From the NCBI GenBank assembly GCA_001643675.2, contig LSRY02000003.1, positions 1,550,001 through 1,614,000 on the forward strand: a DNA stretch of 64,000 nucleotides, read 5' to 3'. Below, in pieces: positions 49,885 to 63,324 of the stretch. The position numbers and the translations under genes were made by a program. Every line of letters begins with the position of its first letter. The first letter of the stretch is position 1. The stretch is from Monocercomonoides exilis PA203 (taxonomy: Eukaryota; Protista; Preaxostyla). The notes under the pieces are model-generated. The model was not told the origin of the DNA, did no database searches, and saw only the letters and a program-made list of their open reading frames with translations.

Positions 49885-51887
49885 TTAAGGATTTTTCTGT
49901 GAAATGGAAAATGAATCAAAATGAGAAAATGGAAAGAATAATAAAGAAATAAGAAAAATGTTGTCATTTCCATTGATTTTTGTGTCAACTGCGCTGAAAG
50001 TGAGTGTTTGAGTTGGAACAAATATTGAGGAAAGGAGGGTGAGGGAGGCGTCTTGGAGGAGGGGAATGAAGGCGTTGAGGGCATACTCGATGGTGGCACA
50101 TGGGGTCTGTTGGGGTCTGCCACAGGCATCTGTATTGGTTCCATTGCTGGCAACGATTTTGTTCTGGGCAATGAGGGGGAGCCAGCCATTGTACTCAGCG
50201 TTATCAGCAGTTCCTTGATTCCACACTCTTTTTGTTGGGGTTGTTGAACCACAATTCTCAAACGGAGATTGAGTGATTGCATTGCCACTGAAGAACACAT
50301 CATTTCCTCTTCCATTTTTGGCAGTGTTTCCATCGAAGAAACAGAATGTGATGAATTTCACTCCATTCATCCAAGTGAAGGTTGCATCCAAATAAATACC
50401 AGCTCCACCACGAGTTGTTGAATTTGATGTCAATTTGTTGTTTATAAATTGGCAATCATTGATTGAAAACTGATTTGGCTTATTGGTTGGAGGATCATTG
50501 AATGTTAGAGCACCAGCAGAATCTCCACCTGAATTTGAAATACACTTGCATTCAGAAAACAGAAATTGGCAAGATGATGTCATGTTGTAGATCCAGAAAT
50601 ACCAACCAGTTCCACACCAATCTGTTATTTTACAACTTTCCACTCTGTTTTCTGAGAATGTCCAAACAGAATCAGATTGAGGATATATTATTTCTGCAGC
50701 TCCTCCATGTCTCGCCTGGCAATTTGTGAAATTCGATTTTGTGATGCTGATTTGTAATAAATATTGACAGAATATTGCTCCTCCTTCGCCATTGCTTGAT
50801 GTACATTTATTGAATGAGCAAGAAGTGATGGAGAGATTTGCATTTGTGCAAACAACTTGAAGTGCACCACCTGCTGAAGATCCACCAGTTGTATCTTTCC
50901 ATTCACACCATTCAAAGCGATGACTGTTCAGATCAAAATCAGTCAATCTTCCAGGTTTCGCTCTTTGAGATTCATTTCCTACATATACAACAGCAGCATT
51001 TGGTGAAGAGCGTGTTTGACTGAGAAAAGAAGCGTTGAAGGCAGAGAGGGAAGTGGATGGGCTGTTGAGGTTGGGGAGGATGGCTCCATCGATGGGGTTG
51101 TGGGTGTGGAGGAAGATGGTTGAGTGGATGGAGAGGGATGAGTGAAGGGAGAAAGAGGGGATTGTTTTGGAGTTGGTGTTGGTGGAAGAGAGAGAAGAGG
51201 AAGAGGTGGTTGAGATGAATGAATTGAGTGAGTGTGAAGGAAGGGATGGAAGAGATAGAGAGGATTGGGGAGATGAGATGTTGGAGAAAAGGGTGTTTGA
51301 GAGATGGAGATTGAGGTGGATTTGGAGGTGGGGATGGGATTGGTGATGGATATGGAGAGGGGAAGGGGAAGGGGAAGAGGAAATGGAAGGGGAAGAGGAA
51401 GGGGAAGGCGAAGAAAAAGAAGAGGATGAGAGTGAGGATGAGAAAGATGAAGGAGATGGGAAAAGGGAAGGGGAAGAGAGGGAAGAAGGAGAAAAAAGGA
51501 AAGGCTGGACGAGGGAGACGAATGAGGAGAAAGAGGAGTGGGAGATGGAGAAGGAGGCAGGGATTGGGGAGTGGGGATCTGGGAGGAGATTGTTTGGGGT
51601 GGAGAAGAGGGGGAAGGAGAAGATGGCAGGTTGGCGGGTGGTGAGGGAGAAGTTTGTGAGGGCGAGGGAGGCATGAGCAGAGAGGAAGAGGGGGCAGTGG
51701 TGGTGGTGGTGGTTGTTGGTGAGGGAAGGTGGGTGGACGGTGCAAGTGGAGGAGCAGATGGAGGCAGCTGAGTGGTGTTGGGCAGTGAGGAGTGGGCAAC
51801 CGCTGAGAGGGATGATGTTGAGATGGGTCACACACAAGGAGGTGTTGATGAGGGCGAGGCTTGTCTGAGCACCACAGATGGGATTTC
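49885..51887 (-). CDS. Pmp-like family copy 6; long exon starting at an orphan 3' splice site
   Basis: AATGATTTTCAG|GAAATCCCATCTGTGG at 51887, with an in-frame TGA just upstream and no early Met. Colinear with copy 1 from GNxICG. Confidence 0.7.
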
Positions 51888-52729
51888 CTGAAAATCATTT
51901 CGTTTTTTTTTTTTTATAATGTGTTCATTTTTCATTGAAAAATTCAATTATTGATTAAGTAATACAATCTTTCAATATTTTAAAATTAGGTGTAAATAAG
52001 TTTGAATAATGTGAATGAATGATAATAATTATTTTTGCTGGTGAAATAAAATTAATTTGAGAAGAAAAATACAGAAATTTGAAAATCGATTCAATAAAAA
52101 AATTTTTTTATATATTTTTTATTCATTTCTGTGAAAAGCGACATATCGTTTAACCACAATCGGACATAGTCACAAATAGTCGTGCAAAAACCGATGTGAT
52201 TTTATTAGATTTTGACTGTTATTATTTGTTTACAATTTTCAAATAAAATATCTCATTTTCCTTGCACACAAATTGTAATGAAAATTTTGATTTGAAGATC
52301 GATTTTTGTTCAGACTCCTTTTATTTCAGCTTAGAACAAGAAAGAACGTGTCTTAAAATTTGTTTCTCTTTTTTTTTCAATTTCAAAAGAAAAATTATCA
52401 CAAAAAAAAAAAAAATAATGATAATAATAAATTTAAATAAAATAAAATAAAATAAATAAAAAATAAACAAAAATTAAAAAAATAGAAAAAATAAAAAAAT
52501 AAATAACATGAAATTAAATAAAATAAAGTGTGATTATTCATGAATATTTGTTTTTTTGATGTAAGAGTTTTTGAAAGTTTTTTTAACGTTTACGAAAATA
52601 GTTTTCATGCAAATAGAATATGAAATTTGATTATTAAAAAGCCAATGTTTATTATGAAGTCATCACATGTTTAACTTCTAATTGCAAAATCTCTTAACAG
52701 CGTTAATTCTGTGTCAACTTTTTAATAGA

Positions 52730-53743
52730 ATTTTTTCCCTTATTGGCACTTTTTTTGTTTTTGATCGCCAACGTTCAACAAACGTTGATTGGCTTTCAGC
52801 ACATTAAAAATTTTTTAACCAGTTTTATTCTATTTATTTGCTGTATTCTTTTTTATTTTTGTTTTTTACACATCGAGAAATTGAGTTTCTTTTTTTCTTT
52901 CTTTCTTTTTTTTTTTCTAAATTTAATAGGACTTTCTCTAACCAACCAGGCAACTCACAAGAAATTGATGAGTTGTTTTGAATAGCAAAAACTATTATCT
53001 AACTTATTTTAAATGCTTTTTTTTCACAAACACTTTTTTCTTGTTTTTTTCACATTTCATTTTTTTAACAACATGCAAGGACAAAACTGATTATTTCTTT
53101 GTAAATATGATGAAATGATAAAAAATATAAATATGACGTGAAATACAAACAGTCTAATAGTGAAGTGTTGTAAAAATTAAACATTAATTTTTTCTATTTG
53201 TCTTTTTCGGACAAATGGAGCAAACAAAAAATGATCAACGATCTATTTTTTGTGATATAGTTAAATTCTTGACAAATAGAAAAAATTAATGTTTAATTTT
53301 GACAACACTTCACTATTAGACTGTTTGTATTTCACGTCATATTTATATTTTTTATCATTTCATCATATTTACAAAGAAATAATCAGTTTTGTCCTTGCAT
53401 GTTGTTAAAAAAATGAAATGTGAAAAAAACAAGAAAAAAGTGTTTGTGAAAAAAAAGCATTTAAAATAAGTTAGATAATAGTTTTTGCTATTCAAAACAA
53501 CTCATCAATTTCTTGTGAGTTGCCTGGTTGGTTAGAGAAAGTCCTATTAAATTTAGAAAAAAAAAAAGAAAGAAAGAAAAAAAGAAACTCAATTTCTCGA
53601 TGTGTAAAAAACAAAAATAAAAAAGAATACAGCAAATAAATAGAATAAAACTGGTTAAAAAATTTTTAATGTGCTGAAAGCCAATCAACGTTTGTTGAAC
53701 GTTGGCGATCAAAAACAAAAAAAGTGCCAATAAGGGAAAAAAT
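52730..53743. repeat. Long inverted repeat IR4 (arms 52730-53202 and 53271-53743, 68 bp spacer)
   Basis: Coordinate sum 106473. One substitution seen (53172). Confidence 0.95.
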
Positions 53744-53811
53744 CCCATTTAAAAAAGTTGACCATTCATACCAAGAATTGTTCTCGATTTTAAAACTGAA
53801 ATTCGAAGTTG

Positions 53812-54978
53812 AAAAATACACCAAAAATTATTCAAAATCGAAAAAGTTTAAAACAACATCGAAAAACTTTAATTCAATATCGAAAGTATTTTATTGAACA
53901 TCGAAAAAGTTTTATTCAAAATCGAAAAGGGGGTTTATTCGTTCAGAATTTCAATTAAAGTCAAAGCCTAAAAAGTTTTATTGTTTCAAATGTTGACAAT
54001 AACAAATGTTTATTTGTTGGGAAATGTTTTTATTTAGTTATAAACGACTGTTTACTGTGATAAAGACTGATGTCAATCGATTCTTTTATTAATACAAAAA
54101 TTGAAAACGTTTTATTTTATCAGCTTCCAACGCAATGAATGAAATTCAAAACATTTCGTATTCGATAAATGAAATAAAATTCTATTTTTTTGTTCAAAAA
54201 ACAAGATTTAGAACGATCCTATCACTTTTATTTTTTGCAAAAATTGCTTATTATATTCTGAGCACATGTGAAGAATAAAAAATATACAATTTATTTATAT
54301 TCACGCAATTGAATACAATCAAACACCAAAAAAACATCAAAAAATTTTTTTCTAATTGAAATTGACAAATCTCTCAGATCAATAACTGAAAGAAAAGAAA
54401 CTGACATGAGAATGAATTTTTCAATTTTTTTCAAATTTTTTCACGACAAAAAATTTTCGATGAGAATAATTTTTGGTGTAGTGGTCTATATGGGTAATTA
54501 TTTTTGAATCCATATTTTTTTCATCAAAAATATCAGTCTGAGAATTCGCTTCAAATACTGATTAATAGATACTGAAAAGTTATTATTACTCAAAAGATTG
54601 TTTTTTCAAAAATATATTTTCGAATATCGTTTTTTCAAACAACTATAATGTTTTTTTTCCTTCAAAAGAATAATTCCTCTTCAAAGAAATAAAAATTTGG
54701 AATAATTAACACCCCGAAAAAAGTTATAATTTCAAAAATTATTAGCCATATCGTAGTAAACAGTTGTTAAAAACGAAAGAAAAACATTTCATATAAATAA
54801 ATATTGGCAATAATTAACATTTGTATCAACAAAATTTCCTTGGTTTTGACATTAATTGAAATTCTGAACTAATTAACTTCATTTTCGATTTTGAATAAAT
54901 GTTTTTCGATGATGTTTTAAACTTTTTTGATGTTGAATTAAAGTTTTTCGATCTAGAATAATTTTTGGTGTATATTTT
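53812..54978. mobile_element. Degenerate foldback-like element with ~170-bp inverted arms built from ~21-bp subrepeats
   Basis: 53812-53995 matches the reverse complement of 54815-54978. Subrepeat approximately ATCGAAAAA(G/C)TTTAATTCAAC. Confidence 0.55.
54491..54748. mobile_element. Second 258-bp MITE copy, flanked by TA
   Basis: TA|TGGGTAATTATTTTTGAATCCATA ... TATAATTTCAAAAATTATTAGCCA|TA. Same length and TIR type as 36696-36953. Confidence 0.7.
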
Positions 54979-55226
54979 TAAATAATTCACTGAAAGAAAA
55001 ATAACTGACATGTGTCTGATTTTTAGAATATTATTGACAAATTCGAAGATAATTGAATTTTCACACTCAAATTTTTCTTCTTCGACGTTGAATTATAATT
55101 TGTGTAAATGTGTGCAACAAAATTTAAAAATTGAAGTTTTTGATGAAAAAACTTAATATCAAAAATAATCTCTTATTTGTCACAGAAGTTATATTCACAG
55201 AAAACCTTTTTTTCATAATTCTTATA

Positions 55227-57468
55227 CCATCGTTCTAAAACCCGGTACTTTTTCTAAAACTAGGGAATATTCTTCTGTGATTATTCACACAAAATTTCTT
55301 CAAGTTTAAAGTGAATTTTGATTATATTTTTTGAATAAAAAATCAAAACATCCTGATTAACAACAATCTTTATATTTAATCATGAAAAAGCCAAAACACA
55401 CACACTTTTTCAAGAAGTTAATTGAATTGGATTGAACAGTAAAAATCAAAATAGTACTGAAATTCTTCGCAAAGTTTGCATCATCATCGTACGAAATTAA
55501 AAGTCGCTTTTTCTTAACTTTTCTTTCTCTCAATTCATATTTGTTTGATGATTTCTCATAATTCATACTCTTTTCATTTGGCTCATTTATGTTGCTCAGC
55601 AATTTCCTTAACTGATTTCTGGATTGTTTCACTTTTTTTGTGCGCATTTTCACAGGAATGCTGTCATCCTTTCTGTCTTGAAAATTTGAAACAGAAGTTT
55701 CCTTTCTTTCTACTGGCTTCATGTTGCTGCGATCCATATGGCTTGTTCTTGTTTTTATCCTTTTGTTTGTTGGGAGAAAATTTTCCATACAACTCCGAGT
55801 CCCAGTTTGATTTTTTTTCTGTTCTCTGCGAAATGGGTGAACCAGAAACTCTTGACAGAACAGGTGCTGCCATCACAGGCCAAATACCAGTTTTCTGAAA
55901 CGCGCTTTTTATTGTTGATGGAGATGTTGAAGAAGTGAGTGCTTCAGGAAGAACTTTTGCTAATTCACTTCGAAACGAAGAGGAAGAATGTGGTTGCGGT
56001 GGGTTGAAATTGTCATTAAAAGTCTTTTTAAATCTTGCAAATATGCTGCTGTCGCATGGCTGAAGAAGATGAGTGAGATTTGGAGGAAATCTCATCATTA
56101 TTATTCCTTGTTTATCTGCGCATTTCTCAACTTTTTCATTGATGTGAGAAGGATGGTTATCAAGAAGGAAAACAGCTTTTGGCATATTTGAGAGTTTCAT
56201 TTTTGTTTTAATCGAAGGAATCCAATGGGAAATCATGATCGTTTCAAAGATTGATGAATTTATCCATCCCGAAGATGATGAGATAAAACGTATGTTGAAT
56301 GACGTTAGGGTTCGAAATTCTACTGGAAGCTTTCGACTGGAATACAGAAGAAAAGAAGGCAAAGACGATCCATCAGCACAAACACAAACACAAAGAGTCG
56401 AATTTGTTGTTTTGTTGGGAATTGGATGTGACGGAGGAATTTGATTTCTCAAACACACGCACAGCTTGCATGAGCTTTCTCCGCATCTCAAAGATGTTTC
56501 ATCGAAATTAAATATACCGTTTTCACCTATATTGAATGTATCCAAAACATTTTGAATCGATCAAACCATTTACGGATACCATTTGGTGACTGTGCCAACA
56601 TTTTGGATCGTTCCATCGGTTTGGATAATGCAGATTTGAGTATTTTGTTATGATCGATCAAATAATATGCAGCTGAAATACATGGAAATTTTATTTTTGT
56701 TTTTTCCTTAGAGTTTTCTTCATAATAATCTTTCATCTAAATAATAAAAAAAAATTAAAAGAAATAAGAAATTTTAATTTCAAACCATTTTGTAGATATC
56801 TTTTACTCGAACAATTTTCCCTTCTGACAGCATAACAAGCGTTTTGTTTTCTATTGTTTCAATCATTGAGTCTGTAATAATGGAAGGTCTTCCATTGATT
56901 CCCACTTCTCTGTTATTCTTCTGTGCATTCACTCCTCGATACCAAGAGCCTTTTGAAATTATTCCAGATCCGATTGCCACATGAGGTGACACAACATTAT
57001 TCTTTTTGATTTCAAAAATTTTCTTTGAAATGCTGCCCAATTTTCTAATTTCAGCACATGCCAATTTTTTTTGAAGGTCTGATGCAGAAAGTTCGCAATG
57101 GTTTGTCATCTTTATGGTTTTGATCTTTCGACTAAAATAATGAAATTTTAAAAAAGGAAATGAAATTCATTCGATCAAATATGTTTCATCATAAATAAAT
57201 TCCATATAATCAATCTTAGAATATTTCTTCATGTTTCACAATTTGCAACGTTGTTGTTTGTCTTCTTTGAAATATTTCGTTGTTTCTTCAATTTTTAGGC
57301 AATCATTGACATAAAATGAAAAAATACAATGAAATCCAACTGTTTGAATTTAGAGAACGATTATCTGAATATGGATGAACAAATTTCAGGAATGATTGCG
57401 AAATAAAAATGTGATATATTTTTGTTCAGTCCGGGTATTAGAAAAAGTACCGGGTTTTAGAACGATGG
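55227..57468 (-). mobile_element. pogo/Tigger-like (Tc1/mariner superfamily) DNA transposon, 2242 bp
   Basis: Perfect 31-bp TIR CCATCGTTCTAAAACCCGGTACTTTTTCTAA, TA on both sides, and a transposase inside. Confidence 0.93.
55357..57109 (-). pseudogene. DDE_1 (pogo/CENP-B-like) transposase with one intron and an apparent frameshift
   Basis: Exon 57109-56786, then intron 56785-56737, and a frame break near 56550. Motifs FNFDETS, SGWIN, LLDNHPSH, PPNLTHLLQPCDSSIF. Confidence 0.85.
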
Positions 57469-57712
57469 TAATTTTTTTTTCGTTTATAACACAACATGTT
57501 GCAATTTAATCAACAAATTAATAAACCTTTTTTTTTTTACATAATACCAAAAGTCTGAAGCCTCATAATATACGTATTAGATAATAAAAGGAAATGAAGT
57601 TGAAGAAAAAGAAAAAGAAGATAAAAAAGTGCTGCATTCAAAACACTTTTTTGTATGATAAAGATTTTAAACTTACTAATTGATATAGAAGTCACGAATA
57701 AACATATTTTGC

Positions 57713-60138
57713 TTACGACATCAACGCACCTTTATCACCATTCTTCAACTGTCTTCCTTTCATTATTCCTGCAATGCACATTGCCAACATGTATATCACT
57801 CCAATCACCACCATCACAATTCCCACAACAACAATTGCATTTGTCGTCTTCTGTGCCCTTTTCTCCTCTTCGTCTATCCAAGTGGGACGATACGGTGGAT
57901 TGATAGGCCCGTATTCGTAGTTTGGAATCATTGAGCATCTTCCAGTATTCCTCAGGTAATAACCCCTCTCACACTGTGCAAACACGCACGTAGCACCAGT
58001 TGTTGTTGTGTTCGGGAAAGAGCGCGATGTTGTGTTGCAAGCAAATCCGTATTCTTCGTTGCGAGAGAAGAATGAACGACAGTTTTCTTCATTCACTTGA
58101 ACCATCCAATCTAAACAGCCGTCAACAGGTCCATCTTTTTCCTCAAACAGTTTCTTCAATTCCTCATATACATCTTCACCGAAGCTTGCTGGGCTCCTAT
58201 AATAAGGCAGAGTGATGTCTGGCTTTGTGACTATAAATTCACTCGTCGCATGATTTTGCTGCCAATCAAATGAATACGCGTTCATTTGAGCCACAGAAAC
58301 ACGTGCTCCTTCACGTGCAAAGGAAGAAGGGAGAGACAATGTGTTCACTCCTTTCATCGCTCGCATTGCTTCCACCATATCGCTTGTCAGCGAACAAAAT
58401 GCAGACGATCCTCCAACCGAAAATGCCTCTGCATCTGAAGCAGACTTGGCATTTTCGTCTTTCTGAGATTTTCCTCCCATTCCAATCACTCGTGCCACTT
58501 TTGCTTCTGACACATGCTTCACAAACTGTGAACATGTACCTAAACATAACCCGTCGCTAAGCACAGCAACGTCGTTGGGCTTAAAGAGGGTCTTGCCTTT
58601 GTGCTTCCATTCTTTTATTTTCGCAGCAAAGTAATTGGCATATGTTCCATCGATTGTAAAAGGAGATGTCCAGACACGTTCACGTGTCTCATCGCCTAAA
58701 TTAGTGGAAACGACAACTGTTTCGCCATCAAACCAGTTCATCTTTCTTCTTCTCGAGGCATAGGCGTTGATCGACCAATTTGTTTGTGCGTCAACAATAA
58801 GACGAGAGTATTCCCTGTTGACTTCTGAATGCAGCATGTCCAGTTTCGGATACAATGGAAACACTTCTGGAAACAGAAGATGAAGCGTGTATCGCCCAAG
58901 CATTTCATCGCCTCCGCCATTCGAGCGCAAATCCAGCACAAGCTTATCTGCTTTCGTTGCGGCTTCCTGCGTTTCAGTCAAATTATCCATCAGACTTTTG
59001 ACAAACTCTTCCTTTTCTGCATCATCTTTCGGATGGAAAGAATGAATTTTCAAATACTTAACTTTCAGGCTTGTCCCATCATTCATTCGAACTTTCTTCA
59101 AAAAAGAAGAAAGCATCTTTTTTCCTTGCCTTTTTGAATCCACAGCGTTTCTAGTGTTTTCTGTTGGAACTCGATTGTGTCCAATCATTCGTTCCAATTG
59201 CGACCATATGGTGTGCTGTGCTTGCTTAAACAGAGTTGCCCCATCTCCACTCACTGCCTTTTTAGCTGGGCAAATATCATTAAGGCTTGTCATACTTTTA
59301 ATCACATAAGCGTAAAATGGTAACTCAACGGTTTTATCACTTTCGTTTTCATCAACATAAGTAATTGAAATATTTTGCGTGGGATGAGCATAAAACTCAG
59401 CGGGACGCTCTGAAAAATCGATGGAGGCTTGATTTAACACAGAATTGTTGCTTTTAGAAGTAAATGCATTTTTACGACCCCAATCTTGCAAAAGGGTTAC
59501 TGCGTCAACAGCTTCATTACCAATCTTTATTGTTTTCACTGTTTTCCCAGATAAATCTGGCTGATCAGGGAATTCAGTATTAAATTTTTGAAGAATATCC
59601 GAGATTGATGGTTCTGATACAACAACAATAAGTTTATTATTTTCATCTGATTTCAACGATAATGTATATGGAAGTGCATAGATGAAATTTGAGAAGCAAG
59701 GTGGGGTGAACCAAGTTTGTGCATCTTTAAGCTTCCGGAAAATATCCATAATGTCTTCATAAAAATCAACGGCATTTTCATACGTATTTTGCCCCGAAGC
59801 AGGTAACTTGCTTTGAATCAAATCTAATTCCTTGATCACATCAATAGCCTGGTGTTTAAATGGTTCAGGTGGTGACACCAGTACATCACGATATACATAA
59901 GACTCTAAATAAAACTTCAAAATTGGGATTGTGTTTTGGTACTCATCTAAGTTGTCATTTATCTGAACACACAGAAAATAATAATTTTTAAACCTGAATC
60001 ATTCAACAAATTAAAGCAAACTTTCATAGTTTTTAAGCAATCAATAACTTCGTCCACTTTGTGAACACCCTTTTCCAGTGAGCAAGAGGGTTCATCACCA
60101 TAAACGGAAAGAAATAAATAGACTAATAAACTAATCAT
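57713..60138 (-). CDS. Peptidase S41 (tail-specific/CPAF-like) family type I membrane protein, 788 aa
   Basis: Signal-peptide exon 60138-60022, intron to 59963. Motifs LVLDLRSNGGG and LSDGLCLGTC, then a Cys-rich stalk and C-terminal TM. Confidence 0.8.
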
Positions 60139-60510
60139 GATAAAAAAGTAATAATTTACAAATTGATCAAGCAGAATTCCATATCAATAAAAATCAACTT
60201 ATCATAGAAACAATCTCTCACATAACTCATTTGACTTCAAATTTGCAACTGTCTTCCATCAAAAATGATGTCTTTTTTTTTCTTTGAATAATATTATCAT
60301 GTTAATCAACGCTTTCCTAACAAACTTTAAATTCTTGAAGTTAAATGGATGGCATTAATATTTGTGAAAGAGAATTTTTGAAGGATTTTGGATTAAAAAA
60401 ATCATGAATTTCTCTCCTTATTTTTGAATTGTTTGTGAGATGTTATTGGCTATTTTGGAAAAGTAATTACAGGAGAGGAAAAAAATTCTTTAAAGATTAA
60501 CCAACAAAAT

Positions 60511-61125
60511 TTAAACGATAAGTGCATAAGGTTTTGGATGAATTGTTGTGATACATCCTTTTGGTACATTGATGAATCCACCACGTCTTGGACCTCTTGG
60601 CTTACGTTTTCCTTTAATATACAAATAAATAAATAAACATAAATAATAAAAACATAACGTGATTTAAAAAAATAAAAATTTCTCACCTGATTTGGTTTTC
60701 ATTCTCAACACAAAATCATCTCTGCATCTCGATGGTTTCAAATGGTCAACGCGAACGTGTATTCTCTAAACAGATAAGGTTAGTGCATTACACAAAAAAT
60801 ATCGATAAAAAGACGTAATTAAAAGCAATTAATGAGATATGACAAAATAATAATGAAATAAAACCTTCTTAATAATACGATTTCCAACACGTTTATTGAC
60901 CTCAACACCAATTGCACGATTTGCAATATCCCAAATACGTCCGGTTCTTCCATGATAGAACTTATGTGGCATGCCCTTGTGAATGGATGAGTTCACCTTG
61001 ATATCGACATATTGTCCGAGTTTGTATTTCCTCATGTATGTCGATAAAGGTGTCATACCATGCTGTCTAAATCCACGTTGGAAAAGAGTTTTTGTACGTG
61101 CGCGATAACCCCAGGAGTGTGGCAT
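60511..61125 (-). CDS. RPL21: 60S ribosomal protein L21 (eL21)
   Basis: join(61125-60865, 60765-60687, 60611-60511) gives [12 protein letters not shown]...[14 protein letters not shown]...[15 protein letters not shown]...PKPYALIV*, 146 aa. Confidence 0.96.
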
Positions 61126-61530
61126 AAGTGCTTCTTCTCTTTTGGTTAAGATCAGAGATAAAACCAAATGAGGATATTTTATTACCCATAAATTAATAAT
61201 GTTTTGTTTTAATTTTTCATTTGTGAGTTCAATGATGAAGAAAATCTATTATTTTTGAAAAGAGCAAATTAAGTGATGAATTTATAACAAAAACTGGAAT
61301 TTATCATAAAAATTTAAGTCGGACAAATGATGAAGAAAAATGTTAGGAGTATTTCATATTATGAAACGAAACAGTAATAGGGCTTACAAAACGTGAAAAA
61401 TATAAAACGTATAACTGTGATATATGAGGATTTTTATATTCTAAATCTTTCAAATAATTTGTCATATACAGATGTTCTACAGGAGTTCATTTTTTAATAT
61501 TTTTTATGGCTATAAAACACTTTTTAATAA

Positions 61531-63324
61531 ATGAAATCAAGTGTAAATCATGTAAAAAAATGTACAATATGCCAAGGAAGAAATGCTGACGTTGAATGCT
61601 CAAGGTTTGATTGGTTCATTTTTGCATTTTACTCAAGCGTATATTAGATGCAACAGAGGTATATTATTAATTTTCAAAAAGTTAGGTTAAAATAGTTTGA
61701 AGTGTTTCACAAGCTATGTGTTGGATTACAATTCTTACCTAGAATGGGATGGAAGTGTGTATTTTGCCAATCTGAAGAAGATGCTCACGAAAGGGAAGGT
61801 GAAGGGCAATCAGATCATTCTCCAAAAGATCAAAGTTCTAATTTAAAAGATAGCAGCGCAACTTTGGAGCGTGTCACATCTCCAGAAAATAAAGGCTCAA
61901 AGAAGAAAAAAAGCAAACTCAATAAGCAATCGAAGAACATTTCAGGATGGAAACTGAAGAAAAATACGAAGTCTTCTTTGAAGAAAAAAAAGGAAAAATA
62001 CGAAGATTTGGACGAAGAAGAGTTAGCAGCTCTTCTGGAGCCATCAACAGAGTCAACTGATGACAAGAACGACTCAGATGCCGTTATATCAGAAAGTGGC
62101 GATGAAGAAGATGAATACTACGAGGATTCAATCAACAAAGGTGAAGAAGAAGAAGATGAAGAAGAAGCATACGATGATAAACGCCATCCAAATTCTGATG
62201 AAACAAGCGATGATGATGAAGAATTTTATGAAGGGAAATATTCTCGCCGAAGGAAAAAAGTGAATGCCGCAGCGAGAAAGCACGCCCAGCAACTGGAAGA
62301 AATGAAGAAGAAGATTGAGCAAATGAATGCGAAGTACGAGCCGCAGCTTTCTGGAAGCAGCACAGCGGAGCAAATGGTGAAGAGGAGAGGGGCATCGGAT
62401 AAGCCAGCGCAGACGCCGAAAGCCAAAAGCAGTCGTGTTGTGCTGGTTGATGAAAGAGAAAGATTGCTTCCAGTGTTTGGACAACAGAAAATCGCCAATA
62501 GGAAAACTGCGAAGAAATCTTTTGGAAAAACATTCAATCATGCTGCTGTTGAAAGCGGAGAATTCGAAAGCTATTTCGATGAGGAAGGGAAACGAACTCA
62601 GAAGGGAAAGAACGAAGCAAAGAAAAGTTTTCGAATGAAATATCACAACACTCGGCATTCCTCACACGAATACGGAGCAAGTCAAATTCAACAACTGCAA
62701 CTGCAGCAAATGAAGGACAAAGAAGATGACAGCAAGACACAAACAGAAAGTGAGAGTTCAAAAGACAAGGCAATTGAAAGTTTTAAAAGTAAAGAAATAA
62801 GCAGCAGCTTGGCTCCGCAGGCGAAACTTGTTGATTCTGAAGAGAATGAAATGCATTCCCTTCAAGAGACACTCAAACTTCTTCGCAAACGCTCGGCTCG
62901 GAACCACAGAAGAATAAATGGAACGCTTATGCCTCGTAAAATACACCACCATCGCCAATCAGAAACGGAGACTGAAAACGAAGAATCGGTTAAATTGGAG
63001 AGTTCAACAATGAAAAGAGAGGACGGAGAAGAAAATCTAAGCAAAATGGAAAAGAACGAAAAAGAAGGCAGAAAGGATATTTTCTCACATCCTCTTACTT
63101 ATGCAACAAATATTGCTTCTGAGCAACTTCACTGCTCAGAAAAAATAAGAAGTGCGTTTTTTTCTGAACATCAAATATTATTATCAAAGCTTTTTGTTTT
63201 TATATTATTTGTTTATTTTTTTGGATATTTTTTAGACACAGAACTTCTGTCTTCAAAAGAGTTGTCGCTGCTGGAATCTGTTGTTTATGTACTTTATGGG
63301 AAAACTATTTCGGAGGCAGGCTGA
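61531..63324 (+). CDS. PHD-finger protein with acidic/basic low-complexity body; 3' end uncertain
   Basis: join(61531-61604, 61648-61658, 61703-) rebuilds CTICQGRNADVECSRCNRVFHKLCVGLQFLPRMGWKCVFC (C4HC3). A further intron is likely near 63190-63235. Confidence 0.75.

Noticed and set aside
56527-56560. Programmed -1 frameshift in the transposase
   Set aside because: No canonical X XXY YYZ slippery heptamer; a homopolymer indel is simpler.
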